The notes below the pieces were generated by a model that saw only the letters and a list, made by a program, of their open reading frames with translations, did not search any database and was not told where the DNA came from. From contig SVHZ01000004.1 of the NCBI GenBank assembly GCA_015055525.1, forward strand, positions 187-64,186: 64,000 nucleotides of DNA. Reading direction: 5' to 3'. Made by a program: the position numbers and the translations under genes. The stretch comes from Clostridiales bacterium (GTDB lineage Bacteria; Bacillota; Clostridia; Christensenellales; Borkfalkiaceae). The number at the start of each line of letters is the position of its first letter. The stretch's first letter is position 1. Positions 37,315 to 46,840 of this stretch are shown in pieces.

Positions 37315-37812
37315 TTACGACCTTTTTTTTATGCGAGAAATCGCTAAATAAAGCGGTGTTCCCACCAAGTAAACGGCAAGCGCTTGACCTATAAAAATTT
37401 GAAGAGCGGTTATCATATACACGCCAAAACTTTCAGTTATCGCCAAAAAGGTAAACGGAATAACAATGGCGTTAATAATAACGGGGAAAATTCCGCCAAC
37501 AATAATTTTAAGCGGAACTTTCTTAATTTTCTTACCTACAAAGTAGGTAAGTATTGCCGAAACGAGCGTTGCAATCGTTCCAAAAACAATATCTAACGCA
37601 CCGTTTCCAAAAAGGTTGGCAATCAAGCAACCAACGCCTAAACCAAGTATACTTTCGGGGAAAATTAGCGGTAATAAGCAAAGCGCTTCTGAAACCCTAA
37701 CTTGAACCGCCCCAAAAGAAATGGGATATAAAGCGAGCGTTAACGCCGCGTAAATTGCACCGATAATGCCTGCTCTTGTGATTTTTTTTGCGTTTAATTT
37801 TTCCTTTAACAT
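37315..37812 (-). CDS. queT: QueT-family queuosine-precursor transporter (ECF S-component type)
   Basis: 165 aa. The block AIYAALTLALYPISFGAVQVRVSEAL...GCLIANLF...DIVFGTIATL resembles the QueT family. Confidence 0.75.
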   Translation of the reverse strand: MLKEKLNAKKITRAGIIGAIYAALTLALYPISFGAVQVRVSEALCLLPLIFPESILGLGVGCLIANLFGNGALDIVFGTIATLVSAILTYFVGKKIKKVPLKIIVGGIFPVIINAIVIPFTFLAITESFGVYMITALQIFIGQALAVYLVGTPLYLAISRIKKRS

Positions 37813-37892
37813 AATTCCTCGGTTTTTTACCGAGCGTTTTAGTATCGTTTACGCTCGGTTTTTTTAATGAAGTGTTTTCCGAAAACCTTCTT

Positions 37893-38014
37893 TTAATTTG
37901 CTATTTACTTCGTTATGCTTCGTTTCTGCTCATCGTTTGACCTTCAATGACCAAAAGGTCTATTTCAACTCAAACGTTTCGCGAGCCTTGCCTAACTCGC
38001 ATCTAGCAAATTAA
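37893..38014. repeat. Dispersed ~125-nt hairpin element, copy e (type 1, inverted orientation)
   Basis: It has perfect 11-bp terminal inverted repeats, ttaatttgcta/tagcaaattaa. Its reverse complement aligns to copies a and c (ggcaaggctcg, aatagacc-tttt-ggtcatt, agaaacg), with an internal stem cgtttga/tcaaacg. Confidence 0.75.
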
Positions 38015-38125
38015 CTACTTTGCATTTCGGCAAGAGATATTTTCGCTTTGCGAAAGTGATATTTTTTGTTAGAAACAAAAAGTTGTGGATATTTCGATGA
38101 AAACTAAGCTTATTCATCGCTCTCT

Positions 38126-38251
38126 TTTAAGGCGTTAGAAACAAGCTAGGCGAGGCGTTTGTAGTTTTTCGGAAGGGAGCGACCTTGTTGGTCGCAGGAA
38201 TTTTGAAAAACTGCAAAGAACAAAGCATAGCGCCGTTTATAACGACTTAAA
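38126..38251. repeat. Dispersed ~125-nt hairpin element, copy d (type 2)
   Basis: Aligns end to end with copy b. Its last 15 nt form the final codons (FKSL) and the stop of ORF 38237..39628. Confidence 0.85.
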
Positions 38252-39628
38252 ATATACGAATTTTTTATCTCTGCTACTTTCAACCAAGCCGGCTCTTACT
38301 AAGCATTTATACGACTTTTCGTTTTGCAAATAACATTTTGAAACGGGGGTTAAGCCCAAACTTTTTGCATAAGCGCAAATTAGTTTTACAGCCTTACTTG
38401 CAAAGCCTTTCCCCTGATATTTTTTTAATAATCTTACGCCAATTTCTACTTTTTTATCGTAGGTAAAATTATGAAGAACTACTTCGCCAAGCATTTTTCC
38501 GCCAGAAACTTCTCTGATTGCCAAACACAAGTTGTCTTTTTGCTTAAAATCGTTAAGTTGCAGATTATAAAACGCATCTTCGCTTGGAGTTTCTATATCT
38601 TTTTTATAATCGTAACCCCAATATTTATTGAGAGTTTTGTTAACGTAAAGATTATAATAATCTTTCTTGTCCTTTTGAGTAATTGCGGATAAAACTATTC
38701 CATCGCCTTTTATTACGGGGCGACGTTTTATTTTCATCGCTCTTCCCACTTCAACAAAATACTTACTTAATATTATTTCGGGCTGGTATTGTAGTTTTGA
38801 CGTTCGAAGTCCTAAATCTCCCGAATCGTCTTCTCGGTTAATATACACAACGCCCTCACGTTCACACGCTTTCAAAAACTCGTTAAACGTAGTTGGGTAT
38901 ATCCCCCTGTATTCTTTAAGGGCTTTTTCAATATGAATAACGAGAGTTCCGCCAACGTATTCGCCGATGGTAAAGGAACACGTTTTCCCATCGATTTCCA
39001 TATAATAACCGATAAAGTTTGCAACTTTTAAGTTGTTAACGAGCATAAGCGTATTTTTGAACTCGTTTTTCTCAATTCTACCGCTACTCTTGTGTTCTTT
39101 TTTGTATTCCTTCAAAAATTCAAGCACGCGCGGAACGTCTTTATATTCGAGTTTTTTGAACTTATAATTTGGATACGCTTTCTTAAACGCGTTTACGTGA
39201 TTTCTCTGCCCGCTAAACTTTTTACCAACGAGTGTTTTAAGGCGTTGATAATCGTAAATATAATCGCTAAAATCTCTATCGTATTCACTCTTTATATCTT
39301 CACCGTAACGATCTTCAAGCATTGAAAGATACTCTTCTTCAACGCACATAAAGTTTAAGGGGATATGCTTACTTTCTGCGTAACGCTCAATCTCTAAAAG
39401 CGCGCCCGAAACGTCTTTCCCAACGGGTAAAAAAAACGCGGTAAACTTGTTTTTGAAACAGCATTTTAATATGAGAGTATCGTTAAAGATAGCAAAACTC
39501 ACGTTAAACACGTCGTTCCACATATACAAAACGCCTGCGGAAATATCGCAAACTAAATACGGGCTATCTTTGGTATATTTTTGTACCCTTTTTAAGTTTT
39601 TTTCGTTAAGTAAAGTAAATTTTAACAT
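38237..39628 (-). CDS. DUF2156 (MprF C-terminal-like) domain fused to a RimJ/RimL-type GNAT acetyltransferase
   Basis: 463 aa. The N-terminal ~300 aa resemble DUF2156 proteins (DISAGVLYMWNDVF, FSGQRNHVNAF). The C-terminal part is a GNAT (LLKKYQGKGFASKAV). Confidence 0.6.
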   Translation of the reverse strand: MLKFTLLNEKNLKRVQKYTKDSPYLVCDISAGVLYMWNDVFNVSFAIFNDTLILKCCFKNKFTAFFLPVGKDVSGALLEIERYAESKHIPLNFMCVEEEYLSMLEDRYGEDIKSEYDRDFSDYIYDYQRLKTLVGKKFSGQRNHVNAFKKAYPNYKFKKLEYKDVPRVLEFLKEYKKEHKSSGRIEKNEFKNTLMLVNNLKVANFIGYYMEIDGKTCSFTIGEYVGGTLVIHIEKALKEYRGIYPTTFNEFLKACEREGVVYINREDDSGDLGLRTSKLQYQPEIILSKYFVEVGRAMKIKRRPVIKGDGIVLSAITQKDKKDYYNLYVNKTLNKYWGYDYKKDIETPSEDAFYNLQLNDFKQKDNLCLAIREVSGGKMLGEVVLHNFTYDKKVEIGVRLLKKYQGKGFASKAVKLICAYAKSLGLTPVSKCYLQNEKSYKCLVRAGLVESSRDKKFVYFKSL

Positions 39629-39660
39629 AGCAAGTTAAAAGGAAGCAACGCTTCCTTTTT

Positions 39661-40581
39661 TTATCTTATTTTTGATTGATTCTTTTCCAAAAATTCTATG
39701 ATATCGCAAATTCTATCAAGGTCGTCAGTCGTATAATAATCGATATAAATTCTACCTTTTTTATCGTTGCCGATTGCTTGAACCTTAGTTCCTAAAACTT
39801 GTTGCATACGAGAAATAAGGTCTTTAAGTTCTGCGCTTTGATCTTGCTTTCTCTTAATTTCGCGAAGTCTTTTCTTTTCTTCGGGCGGATTGAAATAGTC
39901 TTTAACTTCCCTTTCAATATCTCTAACGGACATACCGTCTGAAACGCTCTTTTTAGCAATTTTAACTTGCGCGTCGATAGGTAACGTTACGAGCGCTCTC
40001 GCGTGGCCTTGAGAAAGTTTACCGTCGGAAACCATTTTGATAACCTGCGCGTCTAAACTCAAAAGTCTAAGCGTGTTAGCGATTGCAGAACGACTTTTTC
40101 CTATTCTTTCAGAAAGTTCTTCTTGGGTAAGACCATAATCGTCCATAAGTTGTTTCATTGCCGTTGCCGATTCTATGGGGTTAAGGTCTTCTCTTTGCAA
40201 GTTTTCAATTAACGAGATTTCTTGAATCTTTCTTTCGTCGTAATCTTTAATGATTGCGGGTATCGTTTCAAGCCCAACCATCTTTGATGCGCGAAAACGC
40301 CTTTCACCTGCGATTATCATATACTTGCCGTTCTCGTCCTTATTCAAAACGATAGGCATAATTACGCCGTTAACTTTGATTGAAGACGCAAGCTCGTCAA
40401 GAGCCTTGGGGTCAAAAACCTTTCTCGGCTGAGATGGGTTTGGATAAATATCTGCTATTTTTATTTCCAAAACACCCGTTTTAATATCTTCTTCGGTTAC
40501 ACCGAAGGTCTTTTTGTAATCTTCTTCCGTTGAAGAAAAGAGTGCGGATAAACCTTTACCTAAACCTTTATTATTCGCCAT
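39661..40581 (-). CDS. parB: ParB/Spo0J chromosome partitioning protein
   Basis: 306 aa with the ParB box IIAGERRFRA and an HTH (LTQEELSERIGKSRSAIANTLRLL). Confidence 0.9.
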   Translation of the reverse strand: MANNKGLGKGLSALFSSTEEDYKKTFGVTEEDIKTGVLEIKIADIYPNPSQPRKVFDPKALDELASSIKVNGVIMPIVLNKDENGKYMIIAGERRFRASKMVGLETIPAIIKDYDERKIQEISLIENLQREDLNPIESATAMKQLMDDYGLTQEELSERIGKSRSAIANTLRLLSLDAQVIKMVSDGKLSQGHARALVTLPIDAQVKIAKKSVSDGMSVRDIEREVKDYFNPPEEKKRLREIKRKQDQSAELKDLISRMQQVLGTKVQAIGNDKKGRIYIDYYTTDDLDRICDIIEFLEKNQSKIR

Positions 40582-41350
40582 CTTCTACCTCTCCTTTTGC
40601 TAAGAATTCTTTTGTGAGTTCTTCATAAGCCCTTGCGCCTGAACACTTGGGGTCGTGAATCATTACGGGTACACCGTGACTCGGCGCTTCCGAAACCCTA
40701 ATGTTTCTCGGAACAACCGTCTTAAACACTTTCTTATCAAAGAACTTTCTAATTTCTTCGGCAATCTGCCTTGAAACTATTGCCCTTCCGTCGTACATCG
40801 TGAGCGAAACACCCTCGATTTCAAGTTTTTTGTTAAGGTGTTTCTTTACGAGTTTAATCGTGTTCATAAGTTGCGATAAACCTTCTAACGCAAAGTATTC
40901 GCATTGAATAGGAATAATTATGCTATCAGACGCGGTGAGCGCGTTTATCGTTAAAAGCCCAAGCGACGGTGGACAGTCAATCGTAATATAATCGTAATAT
41001 TTTGCAACCGATTTGATGGCTTCTTGAAGACGTTTTTCTCTATTTTTGATATAAACGAGTTCAACTTCTGCGCCGGCAAGGTCTATGCCCGCGGGCAAAA
41101 TATCAAGCCTATCGATTTTCGTGGGAATTATAACGTCTTTAACTGCCGTTTCATCAACTAAAACGTTGTAAATAGAGTTTTTAACGGCACTTTTATTAAG
41201 CCCAAGCCCCGTGGTCGCATTTCCTTGCGGGTCCATATCCACAATCAAAACTTTCTTGCCGTACTTTGCAAGGCACGCCGATAAATTAACGCAAGTGGTA
41301 GTTTTTCCTACGCCACCTTTTTGGTTAGAGAACGAAATTATTTTGCCCAT
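40571..41350 (-). CDS. parA: ParA/Soj partitioning ATPase
   Basis: 259 aa with the deviant Walker A motif NQKGGVGKTT. Confidence 0.9.
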   Translation of the reverse strand: MGKIISFSNQKGGVGKTTTCVNLSACLAKYGKKVLIVDMDPQGNATTGLGLNKSAVKNSIYNVLVDETAVKDVIIPTKIDRLDILPAGIDLAGAEVELVYIKNREKRLQEAIKSVAKYYDYITIDCPPSLGLLTINALTASDSIIIPIQCEYFALEGLSQLMNTIKLVKKHLNKKLEIEGVSLTMYDGRAIVSRQIAEEIRKFFDKKVFKTVVPRNIRVSEAPSHGVPVMIHDPKCSGARAYEELTKEFLAKGEVEDGE

Positions 41351-41364
41351 ATAAATCTCCCTTT

Positions 41365-43440
41365 TTAGTTGTTTTCGGGGTTATCTTCCGTGTTTTCAAC
41401 GGGCGTTTCTTCCGTTGAAGTTTCCTTTATTTCTTCGGCTTTAATCTCTTCAGCCTTTTCTACTTCTTTGATTTCTTCTTGAAGTGAAGGGTCTACTTTT
41501 CTAAATGGATTTTGCTTGTCAAGCCCGTCTCTTCCTTCCATAATTTTCATTATTTCTACGGCGGACTTTCCTTCCATAATCATATCAACTTCTTCTTGAT
41601 AAATAGTTTCTCTTTCGATTAAGAGCCTTGCCATATTATCAAGTTTAGATTTGTTTTCAGTAAGAAGTTTGGTTGCCTTTTTGTGAGCAGTTTTAATGAT
41701 TTTTTCAACTTCTTCGTCGATAATCTTTGCAAGTTCTTCAGAATAAGTTGCTCTCGTTTGCATATCTTTTCCAATAAATACTTGATCGCCACCACCGTAA
41801 TTTACAGGTCCGATTTTGTCAGACATACCCCACTCGGTAACCATCTTTCTCGCCCTTTGAGTGATAACGCTAATGTCGTTAGACGCGCCTGCCGAAATAT
41901 CTTTAATGATAAGTTCTTCCGCAACTCTACCGCCAAGCGTCATAGCAATATCGTCTAAGAGTTTGCTCTTTTCAATATGATTACTGTCGTTATCAGGTCT
42001 TGTCATAGTATAGCCTGCCGCCATACCTCTTGGAATTATTGAAACTTCTTGAACGGGATCGCAACCGGGAAGAAGTCTTGCAAGTATTGCGTGCCCCGCT
42101 TCGTGATAAGCGGTAATTCTCTTATCAGATTCAGTAACCACTCTGCTCTTCTTTTGCGGTCCGATAATAACTTTATTAATCGCTTCGTAAAGGTCTACGT
42201 TAGTTATAAACTTTCTATCTGCTCTAGCAGCGAGTATCGCCGCTTCGTTGAGAAGGTTAGCAAGGTCCGCGCCAGAGAAACCTGCGGTTATTCTTGCAAC
42301 TACCTTAAAGTTTACGTCGGGCGCGAGCGGTTTGTTTCTAGCGTGAACTTTCAAGATTGCCTCTCTACCGCGAACGTCTGGAACGTTAACGTAAATTTGA
42401 CGGTCAAATCTACCCGGACGTAAAAGCGCAGGGTCTAAAATATCCGCTCTATTAGTTGCCGCCATAATGATAATGCCGTCGTTTGCCTCAAACCCGTCCA
42501 TTTGAACGAGAAGTTGGTTAAGAGTTTGCTCTCTTTCATCGTTACCACCGCCAAGACCAGCGCCACGATGACGACCAACAGCGTCAATTTCGTCAATGAA
42601 TACTATACACGGCATATTCTTTTTAGCAGTAGCGAATAAATCCCTAACTCTACTTGCGCCTACGCCTACGAACATTTCAACGAAATCAGAACCGGATATC
42701 GAGAAGAAAGGAACGTTTGCCTCGCCCGCAACTGCTTTTGCAAATAAAGTTTTACCTGTTCCCGGAGGACCAACGAGCAATACGCCCTTGGGAATTTTTG
42801 CGCCGAGATTAGCAAACTTTTTAGGGCTTTTCAAAAATTCAACGATTTCTTGAAGTTCTTGTTTTTCTTCTTCAGCACCAGCAACGTCTGAAAATCTTAC
42901 CTTAACGTTTTGGTTTGGTTTTGTTTTAGATTTGCCAAAATCCATAGCCGACTTGTTAGATCCGTTAACAGACTTTGTCATTATCGAAATTAAAATTATA
43001 CCAGCAATAACAACGAGCGCCGGCATTATAAGCGAAGAAAGGAACGCGCCTTCATTAGGATCAGAATAATCTACTTGAACGCCGTGAGCGCTAAGAAGAT
43101 CTAACACCTTATCTCCAAACACAAGGCTCTCAGAACCTCTACCGTAACTTGTAGTGTATCTTTCAACGAACTTTCCGTTAACTAAAACGTAACCTGTAAG
43201 ATTATATTCGTCAACGACGATCAACTTAATAATTTCGTCATCTTTATAACCTTTAACGTTAGTGTACGAAACTTTAAGTTCGCCGTTAATTTCAGCAACT
43301 TCAACGCAAGCGTGATCTAAAAACTCCTTGGTCGTTACGTCTTTAATTTGCATGCCGTTAAGCAAACGGAAAAGCAAAAATCCACCGATTAAAATAACGG
43401 CGGCTAAAATTATCCAAATTTTGTAACTCTTTTTCTTCAT
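41365..43440 (-). CDS. ftsH: ATP-dependent zinc metalloprotease FtsH
   Basis: 691 aa with an N-terminal TM segment, Walker A GPPGTGKT, and the zinc site HEAGHA. Confidence 0.95.
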   Translation of the reverse strand: MKKKSYKIWIILAAVILIGGFLLFRLLNGMQIKDVTTKEFLDHACVEVAEINGELKVSYTNVKGYKDDEIIKLIVVDEYNLTGYVLVNGKFVERYTTSYGRGSESLVFGDKVLDLLSAHGVQVDYSDPNEGAFLSSLIMPALVVIAGIILISIMTKSVNGSNKSAMDFGKSKTKPNQNVKVRFSDVAGAEEEKQELQEIVEFLKSPKKFANLGAKIPKGVLLVGPPGTGKTLFAKAVAGEANVPFFSISGSDFVEMFVGVGASRVRDLFATAKKNMPCIVFIDEIDAVGRHRGAGLGGGNDEREQTLNQLLVQMDGFEANDGIIIMAATNRADILDPALLRPGRFDRQIYVNVPDVRGREAILKVHARNKPLAPDVNFKVVARITAGFSGADLANLLNEAAILAARADRKFITNVDLYEAINKVIIGPQKKSRVVTESDKRITAYHEAGHAILARLLPGCDPVQEVSIIPRGMAAGYTMTRPDNDSNHIEKSKLLDDIAMTLGGRVAEELIIKDISAGASNDISVITQRARKMVTEWGMSDKIGPVNYGGGDQVFIGKDMQTRATYSEELAKIIDEEVEKIIKTAHKKATKLLTENKSKLDNMARLLIERETIYQEEVDMIMEGKSAVEIMKIMEGRDGLDKQNPFRKVDPSLQEEIKEVEKAEEIKAEEIKETSTEETPVENTEDNPENN

Positions 43441-44065
43441 TATGCCTCCAAAATAAATAAATCGTAATATAAAAACGAGTGTAGACTTATTTTAGCATAC
43501 TCATTTGAAAATTTCAACGATTTCACTAAAATATTATGTTTAATTCACATAGATTATATAAATATTATAAAAATTTTATTAAAATTTTTGGAATTGTTTA
43601 TAAGCGCTAATATATAAAAATAGCGCCATTTTATTATAATACGTATTTATAAATTTTGCTACCCATTATAAAACCAAATCAATAAATACGCGTATCTACA
43701 TATAAATATATATAATTATATTATAAAATAAATAAAAAATCAAGAAAGTTATGACAAATTTTTAAGTTTACTAATAAAACTATAAAATACTGCGTTATAA
43801 TTAAAAACCGCAAAACGCGGGTTTTTATCACACAACTAACCAACCACCATAACACGCTAATATTTAGCATATTAAATAAAACTTTAACTTCAACGAATAA
43901 TAACAAACGGTACAATATGCTATCATTATTTAATTAATATCACGCACACAAAGATTGTTATTCTAAAAATTTAACAATCTAAATCAATTTATCACCATAA
44001 CTTACATTATTTAATAATATAAGAACGAGTTTTTTATCATTGTAAAATCTTTGGTAAACAAAATT

Positions 44066-44081
44066 AGTTTCACGTGAAACT
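44066..44081. promoter_or_regulatory. 16-bp perfect palindrome AGTTTCACGTGAAACT (copy 1 of 2)
   Basis: Read directly from the sequence. The same core GTTTCACGTGAAAC recurs 147 bp away. Confidence 0.6.
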
Positions 44082-44212
44082 TTTGAACCTGTTTTTGACC
44101 GTTTATATCCGCAAAATCGCCCATTTTATCGGCAATTTTGAGAATTTGAAATTTTATCAAAAGGTTCATTTATTTTCTTTGTCTACTGTAATTTTCGGTT
44201 GACAAAAATCAA

Positions 44213-44228
44213 TGTTTCACGTGAAACA
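44213..44228. promoter_or_regulatory. 16-bp perfect palindrome TGTTTCACGTGAAACA (copy 2 of 2)
   Basis: Read directly from the sequence. It is immediately followed by a second hairpin, gtacgcaaa..tttgcgtac (44233-44258). Confidence 0.6.
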
Positions 44229-44525
44229 ATTTGTACGCAAAACACCTTGTTTGCGTACGCAAATTTATATAGAATTTATGTTGTTTTTTATTAAAAATAG
44301 TGTAAAATTGCCTATTTTTTATTTGTTGCGCTACTAATTTTATTAAAAATACGCATTGTAAGCGATTTTTGTAATATAAATCGAGGTTTATGTCGACTAA
44401 ATTAAGCGGATTTATGCTCTATAATTATAAATTTGCTCTATTTTTATTACGTAGATTTCAAAATTGACTAAACGTTAATTTATAGCAAAAGAAAACGCAC
44501 CAAAACGGTGCGTTTTAATAAAGTG

Positions 44526-45251
44526 TTATGCAATTATCATATTTTGAATAAAGTCAAGTTGCATTATCCAGGAAACGAACGAATTAAATATACTGTTAAC
44601 AACCGTTCCATCCTCAAGTGTGGGCGCTAATATTGAGTTCATATCCATAAACACCGATAATAAAGTAATAATAAGCGTTGCGGCTATTAAAAATTTAAGC
44701 GCCATTAGGATAGCGCCAAGTATTCTATCTAGCGCTCCTATAATTGAAATTTTAGTAAGACCTTTGAAGATTGATTTTATAATTGCAAATATAATTCTCG
44801 TTACAATAAATATTAAAACAAAACTTATAGCAACGATTGCCCATCTTGATAAAACGTTAATAACGTCAAGTTCCCCTGCTGTTTCAATTATAGCGTTTGC
44901 TAAAATTTCATGCAAGAACGCAGGTATATTAGTAGATGCGAGCAATTCTAAAATTTCTTCTTTTGTTCCCGAAAGTAACTCATCGGTAAGCCCAAACAAT
45001 TCGCCAATTTTATCGTTTAACCACTCAACAAGGCTTGGCATAGAGTTCATAATGAAATCTGCGATCTTATCACACAAAATTACAGCAAGAACAATCGATG
45101 CCACCGATCCGAGAATTGATAAAATTTGACCTAAAAAACCTTTTATTGCGCCGAATATTAATGAAAAAAGCAATACGGCGAGTAAAACAAGGTCAATTAT
45201 AGCGACGTAAGAGCTACCAAGGTTAACAACGGCTGCAAGTGTGTTAAACAT
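44526..45251 (-). CDS. cvpA: CvpA-family membrane protein
   Basis: 241 aa and polytopic. The N-terminal block IIDLVLLAVLLFSLIFGAIKGFLGQILS is typical of CvpA. The terminator aaaacgcacc-aaaa-cggtgcgtttt follows at 44490-44518. Confidence 0.7.
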   Translation of the reverse strand: MFNTLAAVVNLGSSYVAIIDLVLLAVLLFSLIFGAIKGFLGQILSILGSVASIVLAVILCDKIADFIMNSMPSLVEWLNDKIGELFGLTDELLSGTKEEILELLASTNIPAFLHEILANAIIETAGELDVINVLSRWAIVAISFVLIFIVTRIIFAIIKSIFKGLTKISIIGALDRILGAILMALKFLIAATLIITLLSVFMDMNSILAPTLEDGTVVNSIFNSFVSWIMQLDFIQNMIIA

Positions 45252-45483
45252 TAGTATCTCCTTATGTAAATAAAATATTACTTAAACGCGTTACGCGTAA
45301 AAATAAGCGTGTTAATTTTAACATATATAAAACAGATTGTCAATACCAAAAAGACTTAACAATCGTTAAATTAAAAGTACAAAAAACATAATTTGTAATA
45401 CTATTATATTGATTTTAATAAATTTTTGCCTTTATTTTAGCGGTTTATGCAAAAAAATTATAAAAGTTGGAAATATATAACGT

Positions 45484-46017
45484 ATGACACAATTTGTTTT
45501 TAATTCAATAAATAGGAAAAATTATTCTGAAATTGCTAAAGCAATAAACGTAACGCTTGGAAAAGAAAAACCTGTAATTATATGCGTCGGCTCAGATTTA
45601 TCGGTTGGCGATAGTTTAGGGCCGTTTGTTGGAACAAGGTTAACTGAAAATGAAAATAACGATTATTTCGTATATGGAACGCTTGAAAACCCAATAACAG
45701 CAAAAGAAGTTAAAACTATAAACGAAAAAATCAAGCGTATGCACCCGTTTTCAAAAGTTTTAGTGGTTGATGCAGCGCTTGGTAAAAACTCGGAAATAGG
45801 CTACGTTAAAGTGCTTGAGGGTGGAATAAAACCGGGTTTGGGCGTTAAAAAAGATTTGCCATTAATAGGCGACGTTTCAATTATTGCAATCGTAGGAGAA
45901 TACCAGTCGAATTATTATTCTCTTTCGGGAAAAGAACGCTTAAACGCCGTGTATTTAATGGGGCAAGATATAGCAAAGGCAATAAATATTGCTTTTAATA
46001 AAGAAAAAACGCATTGA
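45484..46017 (+). CDS. yyaC: YyaC-family (GPR-like) putative sporulation protease
   Basis: 177 aa. The block VICVGSDLSVGDSLGPFVGTRL is characteristic of YyaC. Confidence 0.7.
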   Translation: MTQFVFNSINRKNYSEIAKAINVTLGKEKPVIICVGSDLSVGDSLGPFVGTRLTENENNDYFVYGTLENPITAKEVKTINEKIKRMHPFSKVLVVDAALGKNSEIGYVKVLEGGIKPGLGVKKDLPLIGDVSIIAIVGEYQSNYYSLSGKERLNAVYLMGQDIAKAINIAFNKEKTH

Positions 46018-46037
46018 TATAATCAATGCGTTAATTT

Positions 46038-46835
46038 TTAGTTTTCGTTTTTGCTATTTCCAAGGAAAGTTCCAAAACCGATTGTTTTCTTTTCAAGTTT
46101 TATAACTTCGGGTTTTTCGTTGCGATCTCTTCTTGGAGTTTTATTATTGTTTCTACGGTCTTTATTGTTTGAGTGGTTTTTACCGCTTGATTTACCGTAA
46201 AATTCAATTTCAGAGCCTTGTTTTAAGTTTTCAGGAACAACTACAACGTAGCGATTTGGTTCAACGCCTTGAGATTCCGTTTTAACTTTATCGTTATCAG
46301 TAAGGGCAGAGTGAATAATTTTTCTTTCAAACGGGTTCATTGGTTCTAAAGCGAACTTTCTTCCGTATTTAACTGCTTTTTCAGCAACTCTTAACGCTAA
46401 CGCTTTCAAAGTTTCTTCTCTTTTTTCACGGTAGTTTTCACAGTTAAGAGATACTTTTTTATATTCTTCGTTGCCGATATTAGCAGCGGCACTTGCTAAA
46501 GTTTGCAATGCGTCTAAAACTTCGCCACGATAACCGATAATAGCGGTTGGGTTAGTGGTTATAAGTTCAATTTCAATCTTAGAGTCGTTTTCTTTAACTT
46601 CGGTAGTTGCTGGGAGTTTTAATAAATCGAAAATTCCGTTTAAGAACTCAGCGGCTCTTTCACCGTCGCTTTCCTTTTTAGAAACTTCAACTTTTGCATC
46701 TTTTCCGCCGATACCTAAGAAACCTTTTTGTGGTTCTTCTAAAACCTTGATTTCTGCTTGTTCTCTTTCAATATTTAACGTTAAAAGACCTTGCTTAATA
46801 GCGTCTTCAATGGTCTTTCCTTGAAAAATTGCCAT
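46038..46835 (-). CDS. jag: Jag/KhpB RNA-binding protein (KH plus R3H) with a basic C-terminal tail
   Basis: 265 aa with a Jag N-domain, a KH-like region (IIGYRGEVLDALQTL) and R3H (ERKIIHSAL). It lies directly downstream of yidC. Confidence 0.85.
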   Translation of the reverse strand: MAIFQGKTIEDAIKQGLLTLNIEREQAEIKVLEEPQKGFLGIGGKDAKVEVSKKESDGERAAEFLNGIFDLLKLPATTEVKENDSKIEIELITTNPTAIIGYRGEVLDALQTLASAAANIGNEEYKKVSLNCENYREKREETLKALALRVAEKAVKYGRKFALEPMNPFERKIIHSALTDNDKVKTESQGVEPNRYVVVVPENLKQGSEIEFYGKSSGKNHSNNKDRRNNNKTPRRDRNEKPEVIKLEKKTIGFGTFLGNSKNEN

Positions 46836-46840
46836 TTTAA

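Noticed and set aside
37813-37892. Canonical preQ1-I riboswitch upstream of queT
   Set aside because: A hairpin plus an A-rich tail is present. However, the loop (taaacgatactaaaa) offers no complement for the tail to form the P2 pseudoknot, and the stem is 7 bp rather than the usual ~5 bp. I kept it as a candidate expression platform only.
43721-43915. 64-aa ORF in the long AT-rich spacer
   Set aside because: It has low-complexity, hydrophobic, AT-driven composition, no SD and no homology signal. Such ORFs are expected by chance in AT-rich DNA.
43966-43988. Second Rex box (ttgttattctaaaaatttaacaa)
   Set aside because: The half-sites resemble the Rex box, but the spacer is 10 nt instead of 4, so it does not fit the Rex operator geometry.
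44620-45129. 169-aa plus-strand ORF
   Set aside because: It lies fully antisense within the cvpA-like gene. Its Ile/Ser/Asn-rich composition is typical of the shadow frame of a membrane-protein gene.
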